A stretch of DNA of 42,079 nucleotides from a virus. Taxonomy: Duplodnaviria; Caudoviricetes. Position numbers and translations under genes: made by a program. The stretch is from positions 1 to 42,079 of IMG/VR virus record IMGVR_UViG_3300004633_000006, one strand, 5' to 3'. Position 1 is the stretch's first letter; each line of letters starts with the position of its first letter. Shown here in pieces: positions 1-7,565 of the stretch. A model generated the notes under the pieces. That model was not told the DNA's origin and did not search any database. It saw nothing but the letters and a program-made list of their open reading frames with translations.

Positions 1-201
1 GCAGCCCGAGCAGTACGAGCAGTCCGAGCAGTCCGAGCAGCCCGAGCAGTCCGAGCAGTCCGAGCAGCCCGAGCAGCCCGAGCAGTCCGAGCAGCCCCGG
101 CAGCCCCGGCAGCCCGAGCAGCCCCGGCAGCCCGAGCAGCCCGAGCAGTCCGAGCAGTCCGAGCAGTCCGAGCAGCCCGAGCAGTCCGAGCAGCCCGAGC
201 A
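1..201. repeat. 9-bp tandem repeat (GCAGCCCGA/GCAGTCCGA/GCAGTACGA/GCAGCCCCG) encoding C-S/R-x on the minus strand
   Basis: 22 contiguous 9-nt units read directly, no spacers. Confidence 0.95.
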
Positions 202-300
202 GTTCTTGAGGCTATCAAGTGCTCGCTGGGCGTCCTCTTTAGTGCCCCAATATTCGACGGAGCACCTGTTGCCATTCTGGTCGCTGATCCATGTGGTCAT
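1..300 (-). CDS. 5' part of an origin-spanning Cys-x-x repeat protein (continues at 42058-41543, about 271 aa in total)
   Basis: AAGGAG RBS and ATG at 300 overlapping the upstream stop (ATGA); reads MTTWISDQNGNRCSVEYWGTKEDAQRALDSLKNCSGCSDC...; in frame with 41543..41905 across the join; absent from the ORF track. Confidence 0.85.
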   Translation of the reverse strand, partial: MTTWISDQNGNRCSVEYWGTKEDAQRALDSLKNCSGCSDCSGCSDCSDCSDCSGCSGCRGCSGCRGCRGCSDCSGCSGCSDCSDCSGCSDCSDCSYCSGC

Positions 301-617
301 TGTGATTTCTCCTTGGCCAGCAGAGCCTCGGCACGGGCAAGGGCCTGACCGAAGGTCCATGAGAAATGATTTTCGATAGTGTCGGGTGGACCTAACGACA
401 GATCGTCCCATCCGGCAGGCAAGCTATTATCGGTAATGAACTCATCAGATTCTGCCACACACCAATGACGAGAGCTAACGCAAATCGGAGCGCGAACTAC
501 CGTTTGAATGTACTGAGCCAATAGGCACTCGCATGGATCGCCATAGTCGTATAGGCCTTCTGCCGGCTGTTTCCTCAGCCACTCCACAAGGGCCTCGGTC
601 GAGAATGGATCGGTCAT
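297..617 (-). CDS. hypothetical early protein (106 aa, MTDPFST...)
   Basis: GAGGAG RBS before ATG 617; stop overlaps the next start. Confidence 0.8.
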   Translation of the reverse strand: MTDPFSTEALVEWLRKQPAEGLYDYGDPCECLLAQYIQTVVRAPICVSSRHWCVAESDEFITDNSLPAGWDDLSLGPPDTIENHFSWTFGQALARAEALLAKEKSQ

Positions 618-618
618 T

Positions 619-780
619 TTATTCTCCTCGTCGAATGCGACGCTCACGATATTCATCACGCAGCTCGCGATAGAGATCGTTAACAGCCTTGTTTTTTTCT
701 TTATTTGACAATGACGGATCGCTCAAGATTTCATCTTCTTCGCGATCAACCGCATTCCAGTTTATGCGCGGATTGCTCAT
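619..780 (-). CDS. hypothetical early protein (53 aa, MSNPRIN...)
   Basis: AAGGA RBS; tight packing with neighbours. Confidence 0.7.
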   Translation of the reverse strand: MSNPRINWNAVDREEDEILSDPSLSNKEKNKAVNDLYRELRDEYRERRIRRGE

Positions 781-929
781 TTTTCGTCCTTCTGCGGTTC
801 GCCGAACAGTCGGACCATTTCGCGCTCGCAAGCGTCGAACCACTTATCGACCACCAGGCGTCGATCGTGTTTGTCGGATGCGGGGTGACATATCTTCACC
901 AAGAGCCATCTATGTGTGAGATTTAGCAT
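777..929 (-). CDS. hypothetical early protein (50 aa)
   Basis: ATGA overlap with the downstream gene; start uncertain. Confidence 0.45.
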   Translation of the reverse strand: MLNLTHRWLLVKICHPASDKHDRRLVVDKWFDACEREMVRLFGEPQKDEK

Positions 930-975
930 TTTGAGCCCCGACTTTCCATCCGTCCTCCGTTCCACCAATCTCACG

Positions 976-1025
976 TTGACAACGATGTGATATCTGATAT
1001 TGTCGCCTCTGTCAATACCGATATC
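976..1025. promoter_or_regulatory. overlapping divergent sigma70-type promoters with GATATC boxes
   Basis: Plus: TTGACA 976-981, 16 nt, TATTGT. Minus: TTGACA 1015-1010, 17 nt, TATCAC. Lies at the strand switch with a GGAGG RBS on each side. Confidence 0.75.
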
Positions 1026-1045
1026 GAAAAATTCTGGAGGACGAT

Positions 1046-1219
1046 TTGGGCAGGCCAAAACTTTACGAGGAACAAATGCCGGCGCGGTTGCCTCAGGGCA
1101 CCATGGCGCGGATGGATGCGGTATTGCAGGAAAACGAGACCCGCGCCGATCTGCTGCGCAGGGCAATCGACCGGGAGATTAAGCACCGACGGGTCAATGG
1201 AAAGAAGGGGCGCGGCTGA
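1046..1219 (+). CDS. ribbon-helix-helix (Arc/CopG-like) regulator, 57 aa
   Basis: GGAGG RBS and TTG start; MGRPKLYEEQMPARLPQGTMARMDAVLQENETRADLLRRAIDREIKHRRVNGKKGRG fits the beta-alpha-alpha pattern; below the ORF track cutoff. Confidence 0.75.
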   Translation: MGRPKLYEEQMPARLPQGTMARMDAVLQENETRADLLRRAIDREIKHRRVNGKKGRG

Positions 1220-1434
1220 TGATGCCTAAGCCGTCTGCGAAATATCTTCACTGCGGGCCGCTTATGCTGGCCAAGTTGACCCACAAATTCGAGGGAATTG
1301 ACGACACCGAATTCCTGGCGATTCAGGATGCCGTTTGCCGCATGACGTGGACCGAACAAGAGATGTATCGACAACACTACATTCGCCTGTTCGGGATGCT
1401 CTCCGGTAAGAAAAGAAAAGGCAGGAAGCGATGA
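1219..1434 (+). CDS. hypothetical protein
   Basis: Coupled to the RHH stop (TGATG) and to the next gene (ATGA). Confidence 0.7.
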   Translation: MMPKPSAKYLHCGPLMLAKLTHKFEGIDDTEFLAIQDAVCRMTWTEQEMYRQHYIRLFGMLSGKKRKGRKR

Positions 1435-1634
1435 CCGATGAGACTTTCGTTCTAGAGATTGTGATCCTCTCGACAGAGGATGGCTTTAGAGTCGCCATGC
1501 GCTCCGATGATGGCATCATTGGGCAATCCGTGCTTTTTTCGGACAAGGACACCGCAACTATGCTCGCTTCCGAAATGGAAAGACGGGCAAGAAAAATTGC
1601 CTCAGATTACATCGCCCGATCGAGAACGTTATGA
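1431..1634 (+). CDS. hypothetical protein
   Basis: ATGA coupling, AGGA RBS. Confidence 0.7.
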   Translation: MTDETFVLEIVILSTEDGFRVAMRSDDGIIGQSVLFSDKDTATMLASEMERRARKIASDYIARSRTL

Positions 1635-1709
1635 AAACGAGACCCGCGCCGATCTGGGCAATCGACCGGGAGATTAAGCGTAGGCCAGCCAATGGAAAGA
1701 AGGGACGCA

Positions 1710-2435
1710 ATGAGCAACACCAATGCCGTGATCGTACCGACTGTCGTCGACGAGCCGATGGATTTCACCGTGATCGCAACCAGCCCAAAGGATATGGAGG
1801 CCGGTCAGCGTTCGCTGATTCTGTGGGCTGCACGCAAAATCCAATCTCTCAAGAATGAGAGTGCTGAAGCAAACGAGCAATTAGCTCTTCATCAGCAGAA
1901 AAAGTGGGACCAGAAGGGATGGCGCAATCAGCTTGCCAAGATCGGACGGCGTATAGACTTCTATCGCAAGATCAAAATGGCCCTGGAACACGGCTACTAT
2001 ATCGTTCCTCCGTTCCCGATCGATATTTTCGCGATCAGGACAAAGCGCACGAACCCGATACCGCGGGATGGAAAGTATAAGTTTGATCGGCGGCTACAGT
2101 CTGCGCAAATCTTGCCTGCTGGCCATGGACGCTATGTCAGTGACCAGCCGATACAGGCCTCCTATGGGGATGTCACGGACGATGGAAAGCAAGTGACGCG
2201 CTATTATGCGGACAACTTCAGGGACGTCGACTTTCCCTTCAAGCTCGCGCGGGCGGAAATCCGTGAGGCAACCGACAAGGCGTTGGAGTTGAAGTTGTTC
2301 GATCAGCTCGGGGTGCTGCCTGCTCGTCGCGGAGCTGATCCGATAGTGTGCGGCCAAATCTTGAGCCCCGACAAGCGATCTGACGCTCCGATCACCTTCT
2401 TTATCGCTTGGTGGATAGATACGAGGACGCTATGA
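1710..2435 (+). CDS. hypothetical protein with N-terminal coiled coil
   Basis: Long ORF; ATG 1710 after AAGGGA preferred over 1692. Confidence 0.8.
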   Translation: MSNTNAVIVPTVVDEPMDFTVIATSPKDMEAGQRSLILWAARKIQSLKNESAEANEQLALHQQKKWDQKGWRNQLAKIGRRIDFYRKIKMALEHGYYIVPPFPIDIFAIRTKRTNPIPRDGKYKFDRRLQSAQILPAGHGRYVSDQPIQASYGDVTDDGKQVTRYYADNFRDVDFPFKLARAEIREATDKALELKLFDQLGVLPARRGADPIVCGQILSPDKRSDAPITFFIAWWIDTRTL

Positions 2436-2764
2436 TCTTAGCTATCTCCAAGCCCCACAAGTACCGCGCCGAGCCCACCATTGTCGACGGCATCCGCTTT
2501 GCAAGCAAGAAGGAGGCGAAGCGATATTCTGAACTGCTGTTGTTGATGAAGGGACGGGAGATTACCGAAATAGAACTACAGCCGCGGTTTCCCATCGAAA
2601 TTAACGGCCACTATATCTGCACCTATGTCGCCGACTTTAGGTATCATATTACGAAGCCTATTCGGCCGGTTATCGAAGATGTGAAGGGCGTCCGCACGCC
2701 GCTGTACAAGCTGAAAAAGAAGCTCGTCGAGGCCCAGTATGGAATCAAGATCGTGGAGGTTTGA
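2432..2764 (+). CDS. DUF1064-family PD-(D/E)XK endonuclease (putative resolvase)
   Basis: KY...VDGIRFASKKEA, ELQPRF, YVADF, IEDVKG motifs; ATGA overlap. Confidence 0.85.
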   Translation: MILAISKPHKYRAEPTIVDGIRFASKKEAKRYSELLLLMKGREITEIELQPRFPIEINGHYICTYVADFRYHITKPIRPVIEDVKGVRTPLYKLKKKLVEAQYGIKIVEV

Positions 2765-2902
2765 AATTGGCGTGGCAATAATGATGACTCCTGGGCCGGA
2801 TGGCCGCAATTTTGGCAAGCAGACTAACATCACGCCAGGTCTGCGATCGAGGGCGGCTGCAATTATCCGCGACCGATTTGGTTATCTCACAGCGAGGTTT
2901 GA

Positions 2903-3097
2903 ATGACGAAGTTTTCCATGCCAAGATGCCTCGTCTGCGGTCGCGAGTGTGGCAACAACATCTGCCCAGAGCACTGGCGCCAGCTTCCTCTCCCCCTTCG
3001 CCAGCGATGGTGGCGGGAGACCAACTACGCCAAAGATCCACCGAGTAAAGAACTCACCGATGAACTGAAGAGGCATTTCAATGCCACAAGCATCTGA
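2903..3097 (+). CDS. small zinc-finger protein
   Basis: CxxC...CxxHW pattern; GAGG RBS. Confidence 0.65.
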   Translation: MTKFSMPRCLVCGRECGNNICPEHWRQLPLPLRQRWWRETNYAKDPPSKELTDELKRHFNATSI

Positions 3098-3225
3098 TGA
3101 ACTTCGCGATAAGATGGGAGAATACTTCGGTGATCGCATCGACACGATTCGGACAAGTACCACAGAGAAATGAGGAAGGCTGGGCGCACGCGAACAATTC
3201 AGCCAGACATTCCGGGGACCGTCCG

Positions 3226-3807
3226 ATGACGGGACTAGACCACGGCGCCCAGTCGGGCCGTCACGCACTCAAAGAGCGTGGGATGGATCTCTACGAGACC
3301 CCGGACGTCGCGGTCCATGCGCTGATTCGCGCCGAGCGGCTGCCACGGGTGATATGGGAATGCGCCTGTGGTCCTGGTCGCATCGTCAACGTGCTGCGAT
3401 CCTACGGCCACATGGTCTATGCGACCGATCTGGTCGATTACAAATGCCCCGATTCGGAATCGCGCGTGGACTTCCTGATGGAGTGCCCTCCGTCGTTCGC
3501 CATCGGTGCGATCGTCACCAATCCGCCGTTCAAGCTGGCGGACCAGTTTGTGGCGCATGCGCTCAGACTGGGCATCCCCAAGGTCATCATGCTGCTGCGG
3601 CTGGCGTTCCTCGAAAGCGAGCGCCGCAGCGATATCCTCGACAACGGACTGCTGGCGCGCGTGTACGTGTTCAGGAAGCGCCTGCCCATGATGCACCGCA
3701 ACGGATGGACCGGCCGGCTGTCGACCAGCGGCATGGCGTTCGCCTGGTTCGTCTGGGAGCTTGGCCAGCAAGGGCCGGCGACTATACACCGCATAAGCTG
3801 GGAATAG
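3226..3807 (+). CDS. DNA amino-methyltransferase (N6-adenine type)
   Basis: DLYETP, WECACGPG SAM-binding motif, IVTNPPF catalytic motif, AFAWFVW. Confidence 0.85.
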   Translation: MTGLDHGAQSGRHALKERGMDLYETPDVAVHALIRAERLPRVIWECACGPGRIVNVLRSYGHMVYATDLVDYKCPDSESRVDFLMECPPSFAIGAIVTNPPFKLADQFVAHALRLGIPKVIMLLRLAFLESERRSDILDNGLLARVYVFRKRLPMMHRNGWTGRLSTSGMAFAWFVWELGQQGPATIHRISWE

Positions 3808-3809
3808 AA

Positions 3810-4661
3810 ATGAGATTGATCCGCGTATTCCCGCGCAAAACTAAGGCAACGCCGGACGATACTCTTTCCTATTTTGGTCCACCCGACTTGTTCGCCGAAG
3901 CGGACGAAGTACATGTGTCTGTGACATTCACCAATGATAAACCTCTCGCCGAACGGTTGGCCGAACAATGGAAGTATGTCGCGGCGGTCAAGATCGGTGG
4001 TGTCGCCTATGGCGATCGGGGAAATGAATTTGTGCCGGGTCGCTACATCAAGCCGGGATACATCTTTACGTCCCGAGGATGCCCGCGCCGATGTTGGTTT
4101 TGTTCGGTATGGAAGCGCGATCCTGTGCCGCGCTTGCTTCCGATCATTGATGGCTGGAACATTCTTGATGACAATCTTCTCGCATGTCCTCGCCCCCATG
4201 TTGAGGCTGTTTTTTCCATGCTGCGACAGCAAAAGCGTCGTGTGGAATTCACCGGAGGGCTTGAGGCGCTGTCACTTCAGGATTATCAAGTCGATCTGCT
4301 CGCCAGCCTGCGACCGCGTCCAAATATGTTTTGGGCCTATGATCCGGGCGACGTATTTGAAACACTTGAAAGCGCCAGTAAACGTCTGCTTGCTGCGGGT
4401 TTTACGGCTGAATCGCATCGGATGCGCGTTTATGTTTTGATTGGATACCCGAAAGACACCTTCGAGCTTGCCGAGATCAGATTGCAACAGATGCTCTCAA
4501 TCGGATTCACGCCAATGGCAATGTTGTGGTCGCCAGAAACTTCATCGCAGGAAAAGTATCGACCATCGCCTGAGTGGCGTGGTTTTCAAAGGCGATGGGC
4601 AAGACCGGCAATCATTCACTCATCATCAGGGCGTTTGACAAGGACGCGGAGTGAAGCCTAA
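3810..4661 (+). CDS. radical SAM protein
   Basis: SRGCPRRCWFC (CxxxCxxC), DDN, YVLIGYPKDT; start 3810 just after the MTase stop. Confidence 0.85.
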   Translation: MRLIRVFPRKTKATPDDTLSYFGPPDLFAEADEVHVSVTFTNDKPLAERLAEQWKYVAAVKIGGVAYGDRGNEFVPGRYIKPGYIFTSRGCPRRCWFCSVWKRDPVPRLLPIIDGWNILDDNLLACPRPHVEAVFSMLRQQKRRVEFTGGLEALSLQDYQVDLLASLRPRPNMFWAYDPGDVFETLESASKRLLAAGFTAESHRMRVYVLIGYPKDTFELAEIRLQQMLSIGFTPMAMLWSPETSSQEKYRPSPEWRGFQRRWARPAIIHSSSGRLTRTRSEA

Positions 4662-5200
4662 AAAGGTGATGCCCACCCGCGTGGTCAGGGGGTGGGCACC
4701 GATTGTCCGTGCTTTGGCTCGCCGGACGACGCCTACGGCCCTGATATGCACTCCAGCGGCCCGTACGTCAACCCCAGCCAAATCCAAATCGGATCCTGAC
4801 CCTGACCGCGGCGCGTGTCGACGCCTACGGACACCGGGGCGCGCGCCTGTGAGCGATCTACCGGGGGCCTGGCAAAGATCGAGTCCCGGTCCGCAAGGCA
4901 CGAGGGACGCCAGCAGGGCGGCAGAGGGCCCTGGAAGTAGGTGCCGATCGGATCGGGGCTGTCCCCAAGATCCGGGCCTCGAGGCGACGGCCGGCTCGGT
5001 GAGCAGGGTGATCGTTGAGGGGGAGGACCGACCCCGCATGCGCGTGGGGCCGGACTTCCTATGCCTCAAAAGCTCCGACCTCTCAATGAGCAGACTCCAG
5101 AGAAGCAAGGAAGAAAGCAGGGATCTAAGTACGAATCGGTGTTGCGCGTTGCGCGTGGGCGGGTGCAGGCTGCGGGTTCTCACACAAACAAGGGGGTCGC
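4662..5200 (+). other. structured non-coding interval (candidate ncRNA or replication control region)
   Basis: No credible ORF; many complementary segments including a GCAA tetraloop hairpin at 4883-4908. Confidence 0.4.
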
Positions 5201-5203
5201 GCG

Positions 5204-5746
5204 ATGATGGACGTTCGGGTTCTGCGCGCCGGCGGATTGAGCGATGCGGAGATCGTGAAGATTTTGGAGCTCGAACAGCAGGAAAGAGCGGCAGCGCGCC
5301 GGGAGACAAACCGAAAAAGCCAACAAAAACATAGGGCGCGTAAGCGTGTCATGGCTGACGTGCTGACAGGTGACGATGATCTCACGCATGCGCGTAGGGG
5401 GGCCCGGGGAACCAGGCTGCCCGAGGACTGGATGCCTTCGCTGGCTGATCAGGATCGCGCGTTGGCCATTGGGCTGAGCGAGAGGCAGATCCAGACCGAG
5501 GGCGAGAAGTTCCGCGACTACTGGCGCGCGCGCGTGGGGGCGAGGGCCACATCGACGAATTGGTCGCTGAACTGGAACAATTGGTGCCGCAACGCGATGG
5601 AAAGGTACGGGAATGGACGAAATGGGCACGGAATCAACGGGAAACGAAGCGCCCTCGAGATCGCCGGAGAACTTGCCGACGAAATACGCGCGCGCGAATC
5701 TGCGGCGGGCATTGGCCGATCGCCTGATCTTTTCGGAGGCCGTTGA
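5204..5746 (+). CDS. replication initiator-like protein with DnaT-like C-terminal domain
   Basis: Basic coiled segment, then GTRLPEDWMP...FRDYW...WNNWCRN typical of phage initiator C-termini. Confidence 0.65.
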   Translation: MMDVRVLRAGGLSDAEIVKILELEQQERAAARRETNRKSQQKHRARKRVMADVLTGDDDLTHARRGARGTRLPEDWMPSLADQDRALAIGLSERQIQTEGEKFRDYWRARVGARATSTNWSLNWNNWCRNAMERYGNGRNGHGINGKRSALEIAGELADEIRARESAAGIGRSPDLFGGR

Positions 5747-6365
5747 ACTGATCGGTCAGCTCATCGCCTGCTACCCGAACGGGGGCGGACAAGAGAAGTC
5801 CTATATCGGGGCGCTCGCCGCCGTCTTGGTCGAATATCCGCGTATGGTGGCCCAAGAGTGCTGTGACGTGACGAAAGGGGTGGCGCGGACCAGCCATTTC
5901 CTGCCCACGCCGGCCACGCTGGTGGCATTTTGCGACGCGCGTAGGGAGCACCTCACCTCGTGGTCCCAGTCGGCTGACAAGGCCGCCCGGCACAGCAAGC
6001 CGTATCCCATCGGCGGAAAACCTGGGGATAACTTCGGCGTGCCCCTGACGACTCGCGCCACGCGCGTAGGCCTGATGGAGCATTACCGCCTTACCGTGAT
6101 TCCGCCTGGATGGGACGCCATCGACGTCTGCCAAGCGGCGGCCCGGCATGGTGATGGGTTAGCCGAGTTTGCCGAGGACGTGGCCGCCGGGCGAGCCGAT
6201 TGGCGCCGCGCGTCGGCTATGCGGACGGTGGGTCAGTCCGCTCGCGCGTACCACGCCCCCACCGCGGCCGACCTGCGCGAGCTCTACGCCAAGAAACTTG
6301 GCGAGACGGCGGACCATCTCGCCCATGGGACCATCTACGAGGGGGCGCCGCTACTGGATGACTGA
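5613..6365 (+). CDS. putative helicase loader / replisome partner
   Basis: Overlaps the initiator end; LIACYP...LVEYP...FLPTPATL pattern; position. Confidence 0.5.
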   Translation: MDEMGTESTGNEAPSRSPENLPTKYARANLRRALADRLIFSEAVELIGQLIACYPNGGGQEKSYIGALAAVLVEYPRMVAQECCDVTKGVARTSHFLPTPATLVAFCDARREHLTSWSQSADKAARHSKPYPIGGKPGDNFGVPLTTRATRVGLMEHYRLTVIPPGWDAIDVCQAAARHGDGLAEFAEDVAAGRADWRRASAMRTVGQSARAYHAPTAADLRELYAKKLGETADHLAHGTIYEGAPLLDD

Positions 6366-6440
6366 CAGCATGCCGAGCAACCGGACGAGCGCTAATGCGG
6401 CCATGATGAACAGCACACCGTCGATGCAATCGCGGATCAT
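6351..6440 (-). CDS. 29-aa membrane peptide
   Basis: MIRDCIDGVLFIMAALALVRLLGMLSVIQ; ATGA coupling; not in the ORF track. Confidence 0.5.
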   Translation of the reverse strand: MIRDCIDGVLFIMAALALVRLLGMLSVIQ

Positions 6441-6610
6441 GGCTGTGCCGCCGGCAGGGTGAGTACATATCGTCGACTCACTCCGAATCCGCGTCGCTCT
6501 ATTTGCGGATTCTCACACTCGGAGACGAGACCCGACGCAAACATGTGCTCAAGGTAGCTTTCTGCATCACATCGCTTCCTGAATGAAGCGTAGTCGTATC
6601 TAGCGTCCAT
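6437..6610 (-). CDS. hypothetical early protein (57 aa, MDARYDYASF...)
   Basis: GGAG RBS and ATG; my own translation; not in the ORF track. Confidence 0.7.
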   Translation of the reverse strand: MDARYDYASFRKRCDAESYLEHMFASGLVSECENPQIERRGFGVSRRYVLTLPAAQP

Positions 6611-6622
6611 GGTGATTCTCCA

Positions 6623-6817
6623 TCAGAACAGGTTGAGTTGATTGCGTTCGGAGCTGAACAGGCCGAGATCGCAGGGTTGCTGTAAGCGCTTGGACAAAAG
6701 CTTGGCATCGGCCAGCAATTGAGTGCGGGCCTTGGCGGTTTCCGGCGGCACGCACGGCAGGTTTCCCTGCCGCACGGTGCCCGATCGGATTTCATCGATC
6801 GTCAGGTTGATGGCCAC
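6623..6817 (-). CDS. small early protein with C-terminal QLNLF (beta-clamp-binding motif)
   Basis: Ends DLGLFSSERNQLNLF. Confidence 0.65.
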   Translation of the reverse strand: MAINLTIDEIRSGTVRQGNLPCVPPETAKARTQLLADAKLLSKRLQQPCDLGLFSSERNQLNLF

Positions 6818-6820
6818 GGC

Positions 6821-7021
6821 TTACTGCTTTCGTCCGATCAAATAGTGCGGGTAATTCGTCTCGCAGCGAATGCCGTTGGCTCTCGCAAGTAGAGAAGCAT
6901 CGCAATCGCTGATCGGTCTTTCGCTGTCTGTGGACGAACAAGCGTCACAGCGTTCAATTGCCAGTCGGCCGTCATCTCTCTCGGATATCACATAGCGCTT
7001 ATCTTGGCAGAATTGACACAT
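6821..7021 (-). CDS. small zinc-binding protein (66 aa)
   Basis: GGAGG RBS; CQFC...CDAC. Confidence 0.75.
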   Translation of the reverse strand: MCQFCQDKRYVISERDDGRLAIERCDACSSTDSERPISDCDASLLARANGIRCETNYPHYLIGRKQ

Positions 7022-7032
7022 GTCATCCTCCA

Positions 7033-7269
7033 TCAGAACGGGATTTTGCAGTCGTCGGGTAGCTTGTTCCACTCGTAATCCGCGGCCACGCCTAACCAGT
7101 GGTCGTGGAAAACTGCTTTCAGTCTGGAGCGCAAGAGTTCCAGGTCGTCGGTCGGATCGGGCCGCTTGACGTCCCAGCCCTTGGCGGACTTGCCTACGTG
7201 CTGGCCGCGATTGCGGCGGACCTGAGCTTGCTCGCGCAATTGGTCCGCGTTGTCGGTCATCCAGGACAT
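7033..7269 (-). CDS. small early protein ending DDCKIPF
   Basis: AAGGAA upstream; SSB-tail-like terminus. Confidence 0.7.
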   Translation of the reverse strand: MSWMTDNADQLREQAQVRRNRGQHVGKSAKGWDVKRPDPTDDLELLRSRLKAVFHDHWLGVAADYEWNKLPDDCKIPF

Positions 7270-7272
7270 GGT

Positions 7273-7500
7273 TCAGGCCCGTTCCTTGTTGGCGCGGATG
7301 ATGGGGCACATTGAATACGAGCCGAACGGCTTGAATTGCTCGACTCCATCGACGGTCTTTAGGCCACGCTTGACGCGCTTGCCATGAGCGATAGTTGTGA
7401 TTGTCTTGTCCGTTCGATCGAGTATCGTAAACGAGAAAATGCATTCCCAATCTGCGATTGATCGAGTTTCGTAGGATTTACCTACTTCGAATTTCATCAT
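7273..7500 (-). CDS. hypothetical early protein (75 aa, MMKFEVGKSY...)
   Basis: GGAGGACACC RBS. Confidence 0.8.
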   Translation of the reverse strand: MMKFEVGKSYETRSIADWECIFSFTILDRTDKTITTIAHGKRVKRGLKTVDGVEQFKPFGSYSMCPIIRANKERA

Positions 7501-7535
7501 GGTGGTGTCCTCCATGTTGGCGAGTGGTCGCCGCT

Positions 7536-7557
7536 GATAGCGCTCGGAAGCGCTATC
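7536..7557. other. intergenic hairpin (possible RNA processing or stability site)
   Basis: GATAGCGCT-CGGA-AGCGCTATC, perfect 9-bp stem, no U tract. Confidence 0.6.
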
Positions 7558-7565
7558 GACTGCGA

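Larger units (their letters stand above)
1130..1708 (+). repeat. about 80-bp direct repeat (1130-1213 and 1633-1708)
   Basis: GAAAACGAGACCCGCGCCGATCTG...GGCAATCGACCGGGAGATTAAGC...CAATGGAAAGAAGGG; the second copy lacks 8 nt (CTGCGCAG). Confidence 0.9.

Noticed and set aside
1-201. CRISPR array or iterons in the 9-bp repeat
   Set aside because: No spacers and no cas genes; the units are in-frame codons of a gene with its own RBS
3081-3173. Short ORF MPQASDELRDKMGEYFGDRID... with RBS
   Set aside because: Only 30 aa, possibly a truncated remnant; not enough support to call
3354-3809. N-terminal extension of the radical SAM ORF
   Set aside because: Overlaps the MTase in another frame; ATG 3810 is the natural start
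4626-5334. Two 227-aa ORFs spanning the gap before the initiator
   Set aside because: Arg/Pro/Ser/Gly-rich non-coding-like composition, overlap with neighbours, no motifs; not fully excluded
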